Origin: Leptogorgia sarmentosa
Taxonomy: Eukaryota
Assembly (NCBI GenBank): GCA_964658305.1
Contig: OZ210885.1
Location: 18,910,001-18,974,000 of the forward strand
DNA length: 64,000 nt
Direction: 5' to 3'
Made by a program: the position numbers and the translations under genes. The notes under the pieces were generated by a model. It worked only from the letters and a program-made list of their open reading frames with translations. It did not search any database and had not been told where the DNA came from. This document shows positions 11,301 through 22,584 of the stretch, one piece after another. The stretch's first letter is position 1; every line of letters begins with the position of its first letter.

Positions 11301-11907
11301 TCTGGCAGAGAAAGGAGTGGCCACAAGCCGTACCACCAGTTACAACCCTCAAGGTAATGGACAGGTTGAGAAGTACAACGGTGTAGTCTGGAAGGGCATC
11401 ACAATGTCTCTAAAGTCCAAGAATTTGCCAATCAAGTATTGGCAGGAAGTTCTTCCAGATGTATTGCATTCTATTCGCTCCTTATTGTGCACTGCAACCA
11501 ATGAGACCCCTCACGAGCGTTTATTTGGTTTCTCCCGAAGATCTTCATCTGGCCACTCCATTCCCACATGGCTTGCTACACCCGGTCCGGTTCTACTCAA
11601 GCGACATGTTCGTCAATCCAAGACTGAGCCCTTAGTAGAGGAAGTAGAACTACTACAAGCGAATCCCCACTACGCCCATGTACGCTACCTTGACGGCAGA
11701 GAGACCACAGTTGCAACGAAGCACCTTGCCCCTAAGGGACACGAAGGATCTCCCCAAGCATCTAAGGAAACAGCCTTACCCTTACCTGAGATCCCACCAC
11801 CTACTACCACTGAGACAGAACCTCAACCGCCCGTGGCAAGTGATGTACCACAACCATTGCGACGTTCAGAGCGGGTGCGCCGCCCAGTAGACAGGCTTAA
11901 CCTTTAA
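8371..11907 (+). CDS. Gypsy single-ORF Gag-Pol (1178 aa)
   Basis: Two zinc knuckles, LIDTGS protease, RT (LPFG, YLDN), RNase H (TDAS, EKEA), integrase (HPG, DFKGP, SDRG, GQVEK); no stops. Confidence 0.97.
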   Translation: MDRVLRPERLDIDPNDNSAAKEWLHWERTFANFLSVLPQEDLNKLSVLANFVSPSIFQYIEDCREYDEAIQTLQALFVKPRNEIFARHVLATRRQQPTETLDEYLQALKTLSKDCNFKNVTANQYCEESIRDAFIAGLQSNLIRQRLLEHKTLDLKTMFDQARALESAMRSSESYTLPPQPINAAVPPSSQACSPSPTELPDSVGTLAAVASEGPSCFFCGNSKHPRSKCPAREAICLKCQKKGHFAKVCRGKPVQPKDKVSAAAWSPTLATVPSPTSLSKSLASVDINGLKVKALIDTGSTESFIHPSLVEKAALIVHPSSSTVSMATSLSSAKISGTCTVDLSYQERRYENLHLSVLPGLCADLILGLDFQTRHESVVFKYGGSEPPLSVCSFSTLNIDPPQPFANLMPECHPIATKSRRYSQDDSEFIDKEVTRLLAEGIIEPSHSPWRAQVVVTKDDNHKKRLAIDYSQTINRFTILDAFPLPNISEMVNKIAQYRVFSTIDLRSAYHQVPLKDEDKPYTAFEARGNLYQFTRLPFGVTNGVACFQREMVKFVEENHLKAVFPYLDNITICGKDQKDHDENLKEFLEAAKLKNICYNDEKSVFSTRRLPLLGYVIEEGNICPDPERLRPLRDLPIPHDSKSLNRCMGLFSYYSQWIPEYSDRIKPITSCKSFPLSQEAIQAFQNLKKMVEEALVGAIDESVPFEVETDASEVALAATLNQNGKPVAFFSRTLQGSELKHASVEKEAQAIIEAVRHWRHFLTGRYFTLKTDQKSVAYMFDQRHKGKIKNDKIMRWRLELSCYSFDIIYRPGKENIPPDTLSRATCSAATDEDSLYKLHVSLCHPGITRLHHFVRTKNLPYSLDDIKRVISRCSVCCECKPQYYKPERVPLIKATQPFERINVDFKGPLPSCNGNRYFLNVIDEYSRFPFVFPCPDVSTSTVIKCLTSLFSLFGMPAYVHSDRGASFMSSELQSFLAEKGVATSRTTSYNPQGNGQVEKYNGVVWKGITMSLKSKNLPIKYWQEVLPDVLHSIRSLLCTATNETPHERLFGFSRRSSSGHSIPTWLATPGPVLLKRHVRQSKTEPLVEEVELLQANPHYAHVRYLDGRETTVATKHLAPKGHEGSPQASKETALPLPEIPPPTTTETEPQPPVASDVPQPLRRSERVRRPVDRLNL

Positions 11908-11999
11908 AGGACGGTGAGAACTTTACTTTGTTAAGTTTGAACGTTCAGAGCGGGTGTGCCACCTAATAGATAGACTTAACTTTTAAAGGACGGGGAGAA

Positions 12000-12180
12000 T
12001 GTTACGATAAATTTGTATTATATTTTAGTTTGTTACATTGGGTACCCTGTGCAGGGGTCAGCGGTTATATATATATATTCGAAAATCAACAACCGCCATT
12101 TTGTTTTGTATTTTTGTATTGCATGATTCAGTGTAATAAAGCCTTAAATTACTGGCAATCGTTCATATAATTTCTCTACA
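12000..12180 (+). repeat. Gypsy 3' LTR
   Basis: Matches 8172-8352. Confidence 0.96.
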
Positions 12181-14352
12181 ACGTTCTTTGCGTTCTTCCC
12201 ACTGGCTATGGAAAGTCTTTAATCTTTCATCTCGTCCCGGCGTTGTTGTTTGCGAAGGAGAAATACCTCATAGACAGAGGCCTTTGTCTCTGGATATATC
12301 GGTCGCCACAACTATTGTCATCGTAGTTTCCCCGTTGAATGCTCTGATAAGTAACCAGATTGCGCGTTTGGGATCAAGTGGTCTTCGAGCATCCATTCTT
12401 GGCGTGACAAACACTGTTGCAGATGATGCAGATGATGTTGATGCGCTTAATTGCGATTTCCATCTTTGCGAGGAAGAGAAACTATGTGGTGGCTATTACC
12501 ATATTGTCTTTGCCCACCCAGAGTCCTTTATTTCATGCGAGTACGGACGGGAGTTGCTCAAGAATAAGACATACCAGGACAACATATGTGCTATAGTTGT
12601 CGACGAAGCTCACTGTATATTAGAATGGTAATGTATAATCATAATGATTATTATTCATTAATTTCATACAATCAATGATACCATGTGTATTATATTAATA
12701 CCAAGACAATTAATAGGCATTTCTGTCTGTTTTTAATACAGGGGTAGTGATTTCAGAACTGACTATGGTAAGCTGGGAGTTCTATGTGCAATCTTCCCAG
12801 ATGTACCAGTACTTGCTATGACAGCAACTGCAAACCACCAGGACATGGAATACATCAAGAACTCTTTGGGCCTGAAGAAGTGCAAATATGTTATTGGTAA
12901 CCCTGACAGAAAGAACATATTTTATGAGAAAGTTTTTCGAAGTGGACAGGATATTGACTCTATTGAAGATATTTTGCGACCGGTAGCCGATGGTTTGTTG
13001 AAGGACAAAATTTATTACCCACTCACAGTCATTTATATAAGCCTTAAATGGTGTGGATTCGCACACAAGCTTTTTGAATATGTGTTGGGTATTAAGCAGT
13101 ATTACCCAGAGGGCTCATTACCAATTCCTGAGAACAGGTTATTTGCCCAATTCCATGCCTCCCAAACCAACCAGATGAAAGAACAAATCCTGCATCAAGT
13201 TTGTTCCACAACAAGCACGGTGAGAGTTGTGTTTGCAACTGTGGCAATGGGAATGGGTGTAGATGTACCATCGATACGCACTGTTATCCATATCAGTCCT
13301 CCATGCAGTGTGAAGGCATACTTCCAGGAGACTGGAAGAGCTGGAAGGGATGGAAAACCTGCACATGCAATTTTGCATTACAACAATAGAGATGTTGCCA
13401 AAAACAGAGCTGGTATGCAGGAAGACATGCGGACTTTCTGCAAAAGTACTGACACCTGTCTTAGAGGTTTATTGCTTAAATCTCGTGATTATGACCAAAC
13501 CACACCTGTTGATCCACTACACCTCTGCTGCAACATTTGTGCAAAACAATGTCAATGCCAACAATGTTTGTGCGGTCTCATGGAGAAACTTTAGAACAAG
13601 CATTGCTTATAGCAAAATATGGACATAATCATGTTGCACATGTTTTTTCTACATAAAGAGTCTACATTTTTTCGTGTCATAGATGTATACATGTAACTGT
13701 GAATTTTGGGAATTATATGACATACATATGTACATATTCTGTTTTGACTAAGTTGTCAATCTATTTATTTCATTCTGTTTAACCCTTTGTTACATCTGAA
13801 CTCTGAAGAAGCTCCCCCTCCTTGATCAGTAAATTTATCTTGAATATTGGTTGATGGCAACAGTCAACACCTATGATTAAACACCTGTACACTGGATACA
13901 GTAGTTAAGTCATAAACAAGCATGTACTGTAAGTGCTTTTAAGCTATATATTTTAATTGGGTGTGGAAAAATTGTCCCTAATATGTAAAACCACAAACAA
14001 CAACTTTTAAGGATACTTTTAATTTATTAAAAACACATTTTGCTAAACATTTACTCCATTACTCTCTCTCTCTCTCTCACCAAGTATGATAAAAAAACAT
14101 GTCATAATACTTAACTATTTGGACTCGCGCGTCCTACGCGTTAACAAAACTAAACCTAAATTATTTCCAACAATTCAAACTGTGGACTAGCTGAATACAT
14201 TTTGTATGTGTCATGCCTACCACCAACTGTGTATAGATCTGGTCTAAGGCAAAAAGAAATTTAGTTTTACTGTAAATGTTTCACTCCAGGACAGTTAGAA
14301 TTCTACTGGGAATTAATAAATAAAATCCATACAGCTAAGGTAATGTGTATTT

Positions 14353-14630
14353 TACGGTGGCCCGTTAGGGACATGCATGTTCTGTAGAAAATTAGGTCCT
14401 CTCAGTAGAATGGCGGTTGTATTCCGTGCAAATGCAGTTATTTTCTGTAGAAATGTACCGTTTTTCTGTATAACTGAAGGGTTTTTCTGCAGAAATTTGA
14501 TGCTTTTCCGTGGTATGTATTGTATATTTCCGTAGAAATATGATACTTTTCGGTAGAAATAAATTGACGTTCCGTGGAAAATTATCGCTTCTCCGTGGAA
14601 AAAAATACAGCTTTTCCGTAGAAACTTAAA
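14353..14630 (+). repeat. IS3EU-like left terminus with degenerate subterminal tandem repeats
   Basis: Starts TACGGTGGCC, followed by repeated TT(C/T)(C/T)GT(A/G)GAAA units, upstream of a transposase gene. Confidence 0.6.
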
Positions 14631-14815
14631 ACTGATGCGCGCGCATGTGATTTTGTTGTCATCCCCAGGCCTCCATATTAAAATAAACTCGACGCGCAAG
14701 CCACGTGCGTTCTTTTAAAATTTCAGGTTTCACTAGCGTTTGCTTCTAGTATTCGATCTTTTTTAAGTTTTGAAGTTTGAACCGTGTAATATTTTTCACT
14801 TGCTCAGTTAAAAAG

Positions 14816-16457
14816 ATGGCGGCTTGTGAGCAATGCTTTGCCGAATTTCCTGACGAAATTTACATCAAGTTTTGTCCTTCCTGCGGCTTTGAAAGAGCTG
14901 GTAAGAATAGATCTCCATGATTCTTTCAATGAAAATTCATATTATATCTTGATTATCTGTGTGTATAAGTTGTCTTTTATCCCCGATTTTTTTAAATAGA
15001 CAACGAACGGAAAGTCATAGAGAACTATTTTAACTTTGGCTACAAATATGATCATATTGTTGCCCTTCTAAAAAGTGAACATGGAATAGAAATGTCCGTT
15101 CGAACACTGAAGAGACGTTTGAAGTCTTACAAATTGTCACATCGAGTAGGCTTGGAAGAAGATGCAAACTTCAACGAGGAATATATTAGAAACATAATTT
15201 GGCAGGAAATCCAAAGGGCAGCAGGTTGTTTGGCCAGGTACAGGAAAATGTGGCACATTCTGCGGCTAAAACATCACATGCATGTGCCACGGAAGTTTGT
15301 AGCAACAATTGTAAAAGATCTCGATCCAGAAGCGAGTAATATGAGGAGAAGAAAAAAGCTGAAAAGGCGCCAGTATGTTTCACATGGGCCTAACCAGTGC
15401 TGGCATATTGATGGTATGTACTTTCTCCATAATAATTGCTATTAATTGGTAGTAAATCGTTTATTATAATACTATCAGCAAGGTCCAGCAAGTGTATATT
15501 TGACTAGAAACTTGAGAAATGTGAAAATTTTGAAAATTGCATCATTATGTTGGTTAAACGTGACACATGGCTACCCCCTATGTCCCTAGCCAGCAAAGTG
15601 ACAAAGGGGGTAGCCAATCTAGTCCATTCCCTTCCCCCAGTTCCAGTGTCTGCTTCAGTATCTTAAGGCAGTTATATCAAGAACCCTTCGTGAATTTTTA
15701 TAGGTTATGATAAGTTGAAGCCATTTGGCTTTCCTATCCATGGTGGAATAGATGGTTTTAGCAGAAAGGTTCTTTGGGTGGAAGTGCCAAAGTCAAATAA
15801 TTCACCAGAAACTGTTGCACAGCTATATTTGGATTGTGTGAGACAAAATAAGGGTTGTCCTCTGCAGACGAGAACTGACTGTGGTACTGAGAATGGGGTA
15901 ATTGCAGCTGCACAATGTTATTTCAGGTGCAACGATGATTATCCATTTCAAGGGGAACAAGCTCATTGTTTTGGAACCTCACACCATAATCAGCGGATTG
16001 AAAACTGGTGGTCGCATTTAAAAAAAACATGTTCAAGCTGGTGGATTTCATTTTTTAAAGATTTAATTACATAGAAAAACAATTAAATTTAAATGATGAA
16101 TTCACCAAAGAATGCTTATGGTTCTCCTTTAATGGTGTTCTGCAAGCTTCGCTTGATGAAGTCCAGTTTTACTGGAATACACATTATATTAGATCATCCA
16201 GGCATGAAACCACAGGTGGAGTGCCTGCTATATTGTTTACAATCCCAGAGGAGTTTGGAGGATTTGATTGCCGTGTCCCGGTATCCAATGAGAAGTTGCA
16301 AGAAGTTCAAGTTGAATGCATTCGAAGAGAACAAATAGAAGATGAAAATGTTTTTCAGGAGTACTTTTGCTACCTGATAGAGTTATATGAACTACAATAT
16401 CCAACAAGTCATAATGAGGCTGTTCATATATTTGATGTTCTGATGAGCCATGCGTAA
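14816..16457 (+). pseudogene. IS3EU-type (IS3/IS481-like integrase core) transposase, 3 exons, frameshift near 16070
   Basis: Exons 14816-14900, 15000-15413, 15704-16457; splicing restores WHIDGYDKLKPFGFPIHGGIDGFSR; RTDCGTEN; NQRIENWW; N-terminal CxxC..CxxC. Confidence 0.88.
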
Positions 16458-16943
16458 GTAATTATTGTACACATTTAAAATTATTATATAGCACATTAAG
16501 GGCAGTTTGCACTGACAATTTTTCTGATGGCAAAATGGTCACCACATAATATGTTGCAAATTGATTTAGTGGTTAATATTGCCAGGTCTGAACCATAAAT
16601 TCAATTATTGCCAGTGTAAACAGGCCCTTATGTAATTTGTGGAGAACATGAATACAGCAATTAAATATATACTTTAAATTTGTGTCCGATGTAGGCACAA
16701 CAAACAAACTAATTTGTACAACAAACAAAAGTAAGATGTACAACAAACAAAACTAAGTTTAAATCTGCATACAACTAGCTATCAGATACTGTAGCAATGA
16801 TAAAAAGGCACAGTTCATCTTTCATGGTAAACACAGTTATATAAGACCAAATCCAGAATATTCGGGCTGTATTTTGAAAAGTCTCAATATATTTTGTGTG
16901 CGATTGTAGATTTCGTAGCCGTCGCAAATCTAAAGCTCTATAG

Positions 16944-17202
16944 TAACGCCAATAACATATATAACGCCAATAACGTCTATAACGCCAATAACGTCTATAA
17001 CGCCAATAACATCTACTACGCTCATAACGTCTATAACGCCAATAATGTCTATAACACCAATAACGTCTATAACGCTCATAACGTCTATAACGCTCATAAC
17101 GTCTATAACGCCAATAATGTCTATAACACCAATAACGCTCATAACGTCTATAACACCAATAACGCTCATAACATCTATAACACCAATAACATCTATAACA
17201 CC
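16944..17202. repeat. 9/18-bp minisatellite (AACGCCAATAACGTCTAT)n
   Basis: Direct tandem array visible in sequence. Confidence 0.95.
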
Positions 17203-17393
17203 ATACCGGCTATATGACAGCTATGTAGTAGCCTTTCTTGTTGGCAGTTTTTGACAGGATGAACGTCTCATGCTGAAATCTAGAAATAACTGAAAACCCA
17301 GCATTTTACCCAAAAGAATTTTATTGTTGGTGTACAGACAAATAAAGATAACAATTAAACAAATGATAAACACTGCATGTAATAAACTTACCA

Positions 17394-17583
17394 CCTGGGA
17401 TACATAACTTCTCCCAAAGGTGAAACATCAATACCCACACAGCCTGGGATACACAACTTCTCCCAATTGTAAAAAGAGAATAAACTAAAAACTTAGGGTA
17501 CTTAACTCCTCCCAAACATGCCTGGGATACATAACTTCTCCCAAACATTAAAAATATAATATTGAACTGCCGGGGATACATGA
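17394..17583. repeat. Three and a partial copies of a 24-bp repeat CCTGGGATACATAACTTCTCCCAA
   Basis: Copies near 17394, 17443, 17521, partial near 17571. Confidence 0.8.
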
Positions 17584-17589
17584 CTGTTG

Positions 17590-17737
17590 ACTCTCGTATT
17601 GGTGACATCAACTGGCTTTTTCTTCAGCAGATTGATAAGCTTTGCTGAGCTGTATGAACTGCCCGCTCGTAGGTCGATGAATGCCCTACACTCAACACCA
17701 CCAACGTTTATCTGTACAACTGGAAGTCCAGTAGAAA
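17590..17737 (-). pseudogene. BEL aspartic protease fragment
   Basis: PVVQINVGGVECRAFIDLRAGSSYSSAKLI resembles PVVVVTVNGVKCRALIDSGAGGSYASAKLI of the BEL element at 2440-2535. Confidence 0.85.
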
Positions 17738-20700
17738 CCAGGGTGCATTCCATGTTAAATCCACGCCGGATATGCGCATCGACGGTCGCTGGGTCGCGCC
17801 AACACGCCGAAATTGCTACAATTTTTTCCGTTTGTCACATCAGATGTTGCATCGTATCAAAATCAAATATTGTACAAAGAGTTACATATACAGACAGCGT
17901 TTGATACATAACTTACTAATTCCTTTGGTACATGCCCTTACAATTGATTTTCTAGACTTACTAGACTGGAAAGCTGGGATGTAATGTTTATAGTTTCCAG
18001 TTTCGTTTATTTTTTAGCACGAACAGGACATACACTTATATTTACAATCGTGGTATAGCGTTAACAATCGAATACAAATAAATGTCTTATAAATTTCAAA
18101 CGTAAAGAAAGATAAAAATGCATAGACCTCACAGTTATCTGTTCCGATAGCCATAGCATTGTCACAGTTTCAAATTTTCTATGAATCCGTGCTGGCCAAA
18201 TCTACGCGATCCACCACTTTGGAAACGTTGTATTCTTTTGCTCGGGAGGAAGTGAAAATGTTACTTCGATGTTTTGCAACGACATCATCACCTTCGAGAT
18301 ACAATTTTGCACTTTCTCGAATAATTTCTTCACAATGTTTTAGTGACGGGAGACACCACATTAGCTTCGTTCGTCTTGTTAAGGTTTCATTCAATTGACC
18401 TCCAGCTTGTTGCTGAGCCCTCATGGTAGCGTAATAGCTTTCGGTAATAGCTTCGGGGCCCCCTTTTGCCAAAACAAGATCGATCAATGCGCAAGAAGGT
18501 GGTTTGGCAATTGAATAGATCTTTGTGTCTACATAGAAAGACCTGTAAACGTTCTGTTCTTGCAAACAAACGACATATTCTCCACCATTCTCGAACTTCA
18601 TATTGAAATATGGTTCTAACTCATCATTCTTGATTGGCGAGAAGCTGACTAGTTTCGAATCTTGAGCATTCAATGGAACGTCATTTTCCAGCATGAACCA
18701 TTGAGGGCAAATTCCATTCCATATACCAACTTTGACTGCTTCTTTGATACAATTCATATATCTATGAGCAAGACGAGGGTCGAAATTCATCCCCGATTGA
18801 ATAATGTGATGCATCTTGGAAGCTGTAGCTAAAACACGTCAGCATTGCTCCACACCAAAACTTTCATAACGCCCTTCTTCAGTCACAAATTTGATGACGT
18901 CGTTTTCTACATATCCACATTGAAGATTGACAAGAATGGCAGCGTCAAACACCTCCAGGATGGAATACACCTCATCTGCCATAACAGTGTTGACTCTATT
19001 CTCCAAGGAATTGATCAGATCTCATGCTAATATTTCACGGTCGCATTTAACATCATCCTCTGTTCTTTCCTCCCATGTAAATCGATTATCTCCCACTTCG
19101 CCCTTATCTTGCATAACTAGCCAACCAGGCAGAAGCTCAACATCACTGAACACATCACCAGCGACTAGATCTCCTCCAACCTTCTCCAAACGAGGAAATG
19201 CGGTTGGATCCCCACTTGCTGCCTTTGATAGCTTATTTCTAACTTTTGGCCACCAAAGCTTCAATTGTCACACAAGAGCGTCGAGCGACTGCACATGGAG
19301 CATGAGGTCAACAATTGGCTCCATCAGATCCAGGAAGGCAAGAAGATCAGCAATAAAATCAGCACCACCAATCATGTATTGCCATTGCTCATCTTCGTCA
19401 CGATTTGGGTGCAAGAGTTCAAAGGCTTGCCAAAACGATTTGTGACCTTTCTCTATCTTGAGCCACTGTTCATACGAAGAACTGACGAATCGCTGAGCTG
19501 CGTAGGAAACAGGCCGTATAGCAGATTGGTCAATCATTTGCAGGAAGGCAAAACCTTTTCCGTTGGCGAGAAGGCTGTTAAAAATATTGCATCGTTTGAT
19601 AAATCTTTGAAAGTGAATTCCACTTGCTTCTTTCGACTCCTTTACATCTGTTACTCCCAAGTTAAGAGCATGCGCAGCATCCCATGTAATGGGCAGGGCA
19701 AGATGTGCATCATCTTCTCCAATGCCCAACATTTCCAAAAGTTTCGCTCTGAAGTTAGTAGCCTGATACGGACCATCTGCTGCAACACCGCAAATTCTTG
19801 AGAATAAGTCACGAGAAAGATTATCTCCGATTAAGCATCATTTCAGCTAGACTATCATAGGTGGCAGCCTCGAAATTGGTGTAAACCTTTGGAGCATCAA
19901 TGGGAATAGGACAAGGGATGCCATCTTTATTACGAGCAATAACAAGAGTAGCCTGGTTTGTTGTACGGGACGGCGTAGCTTTATCAACAGTGGCTCATAC
20001 GCGAGGGGGTAACTGTGTTGATGGAAGAGGTTGGTTAAGCCATGTTCTCATTCTGCCATTTACAGTTTTTTCCAAACAATAAAGAATGTCATTGAAGAGA
20101 TTACGGCCGTGTCCAATGCTACCGACATCCACTCCACAACATGCTAAAAAGGATATCAGGGTTTCAAAATTTTTAGCAGCTGCCCCTAGCTTCAAGTCGA
20201 CGATTGCTGCGCGAAAAATATTGTTAACTGCTGCTGTTTTTTTCTCCATCAGCATCGCTTCACGCTTGTACAATTCCATTGCTTTATGGTGCATTTTCGA
20301 TTCATCACCTACAAGGCACAAGTGGTTGACACAAACATTCATTTGGCGGTACCAGATCAAGTTTTGACCCTCGGTCAGTTGTCGTGTTGTATCTTTCTTA
20401 AGAAAAATCCCAGTTGCAAGTGTACCATTGCCTGTAGAGTTGATAATTCGATGAGCTTCAAAGGGAGTGAGATTGCCAAGGGTAGGCCTAGATTTTAGGT
20501 ATAGGTTGTAGCATGGAGAACAACGTAAAATAGCTTCCTGTGATTGTTCATCGTAAAAGAAAACGATCAGATCGGTCGCATTTGTTAGCTCCCAGATATT
20601 TCTTGCATCTCATACACCCTGAACGGACTCTCGGGTGAGATCATCTTCAAAAGCAAGGTGGGTTAGTGACTGATGTTGCTTGCCAATACCTTCAACTTTT

Positions 20701-22119
20701 AATGTCAAATTGGTGATGGCATCCATTATATTTTTAAGGCACGTTTCAGCAGGATCACTCGGTTCCTCACGTTGTTTGAAACAAAGCAACATACTCTGCC
20801 TTTTCATACTTTTTGGAACCACGTCGTCGCCAGCAGCTTCATCGGTTTCCTTCAGAACTACTTCAGGATGCACTGGTAAGCTGTTATCATTCTTATTCAA
20901 ATCCGTATTGGTGGCTGGGGGACGGGATGAAGGATCATCAGAAATTGTTTTGTTTTGCGCTTTCTGTGATGAAGGTAATGCAACATCAGAAGTTGGAACA
21001 GTTGAAGTGTTCGACTCTTTTTTTGAGTTGGGAACCAGAGGTTTATTTTGAAATTTCTTTTGTAAAATGTGGACTTCTGGTGCAGTTGATGGAACAATGG
21101 TACACTTTTTTAAGTTGGAAGTTTGATGTCTTCTTTCTTTGTGCCGTTTAATAGTGTAGTCATCAGCCCTGCATAGGCACGAGTATCTTTCTTGCATTTT
21201 CCCTTGAGAAGCTAATTCCAAGCATTGTAGACAATAAAATGTTTCTGCCACTTTCTTCCCCTTTTCAACATCATCTTTTGCTTTCTTGTTTTGTTTCCAG
21301 TCCCACATAATTTGACGTTTCTCACCGCGTTTTGTTGTCTCCTTGTTTTCCAAAACTGTAAATATAGTTATAAACTTTAGGGAATGAAGGGAAAAATTGC
21401 AATGGCATGCAAAATTATTGTATTACAGTATATTACCAGATATTTCTTGTTCGACTTCGACTTTGTCCTTGCAACGGTTGCAAGTTGCTTGTTGTCCATA
21501 GCCCTCTTCACCTTCAGCGGGGCCACAAAAAATGTGAATGAATTTATGACATGTTTTGCACTTGTGCGCCATGCCAACTTGGCCTCGGCACACATGACAC
21601 AAGTGACTCGCTTCACTCACAACAGCTATATATAATTAAGAGAAAAAGTATACAATATGAATTTACAATAGCAGATAGCTTTACTTAAAATTATCATAAT
21701 GCAAATTTAATACAATGTACCATTTGCACTTTCCAACATCCATGATCCACTTCCCAATTATGGATGATGAAACCTTCAGCTTCCGTCAGCTGTTGTCGAG
21801 CGCTAGAGCGTAACGAAAAGCGGAAGTACGATGCATACCCCTTACACGCCCCCTTTTTCTCATTCCCAGTCTCCTATGAGTCCGGGCTCATTAAAAAATA
21901 TTGTATTTTTGCTGCCTGACGACGAAGCCCTCTGCAGGCCGAATGAATTAAGTTATTAAAATTCATACGCCAAAATACGTTGCTGGGCAAAATTTGTGCC
22001 AAACATATCTTCTTACGAGTTACGCCAAAAAATCCGTCTGTTTCTCACACCATTACGCCAAAAATTTCGTAACCTCACGCCGGATATATCCGGCGTGGAG
22101 TGCATGGAATGCACCCTGG
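17738..22119 (-). mobile_element. Complete hAT-like DNA transposon (4.38 kb)
   Basis: TIR CCAGGGTGCATTCCATG...TCCACGCCGGATAT at both ends; 8-bp TSD AGTAGAAA (17730-17737, 22120-22127). Confidence 0.88.
18179..21620 (-). pseudogene. hAT-like transposase broken by several stops/frameshifts, with N-terminal PHD-like and BED-like zinc fingers
   Basis: Collinear ORF pieces: CHVC..HKCKTC..IHIFCG..CNRC exon, YCLQC..HKERRH, VDKAT, DGPY, WDAAHALNL, EAITESYY. Confidence 0.75.
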
Positions 22120-22177
22120 AGTAGAAATTTACGGAGCCGTATTAGTGCCATTGAAATTTTGTGCTTTAAATGCAAAC

Positions 22178-22462
22178 GTCTCGATTTTTTTCCCGTGTCT
22201 CGACTTTTTTCTCGTGTCTCGACATTTTTCTCGTGTCTCGACTTTTTTCTTGTGTCTCGACTTTTTTCCCGTGTCTCGACTTTTTTCTCGTGTCTCGACT
22301 TTTTTTCTCGTGTCTCGACTTTTTTTTCGTGTCTCGACTTTTTTCCTGTGTCTCGACTTTTTTCCCGTGTCTCGACTTTTTTCCTGTGTCTCGACTTTTT
22401 TCTCGTGTCTCGACTTTTTTCTTGTGTCTCGACTTTTTTCCTGTGTCTCGACTTTTTTCGTG
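22178..22462 (+). repeat. Subterminal tandem array of ~20-bp unit GTGTCTCGACTTTTTT(C/T)(C/T)(C/T)
   Basis: About 13 direct copies. Confidence 0.95.
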
Positions 22463-22584
22463 CATTTACTTGATCTTTGAGTTTACTGCTCACTGAGTTC
22501 ACTTTACTATTTTCATCAATTTTTGTGGTAGTCTGGTGCCGATCCTATCGTTTTTGTTGTACTTAAACTATTTGGTAATTAAAA

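Larger units (their letters stand above)
8172..12180 (+). mobile_element. Intact Ty3/Gypsy LTR retrotransposon (4.0 kb)
   Basis: 181-bp LTRs apparently identical, TG...CA ends, 5-bp TSD ACGTT (8167-8171, 12181-12185), PPT AAAGGACGGGGAGAA. Confidence 0.97.
8046..13594 (+). pseudogene. RecQ-like SF2 helicase (AcademH-type), interrupted by a Gypsy insertion and a frameshift near 12290
   Basis: Removing the Gypsy element joins ...HHDV (8171) to LCVLPTGYGKSLIF (Walker A); VSPLNAL, DEAHC; intron 12628-12741 restores WGSDFR; MTATA, FATVAMGMGVD, QETGRAGRDG, Cys-rich C-terminus. Confidence 0.9.

Noticed and set aside
16894..17254. Asn-rich or Ile/Thr-rich repeat proteins
   Set aside because: Stop-free minisatellite, open on both strands
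17394..17583. CRISPR-like 24-bp repeats with spacers
   Set aside because: Only three full copies, irregular spacing, no cas genes
18927..19801. Plus-strand ORFs of 172 and 178 aa
   Set aside because: Antisense shadows of the hAT transposase
21994..22502. Overlapping repetitive ORFs in several frames
   Set aside because: Translations of the 20-bp subterminal array
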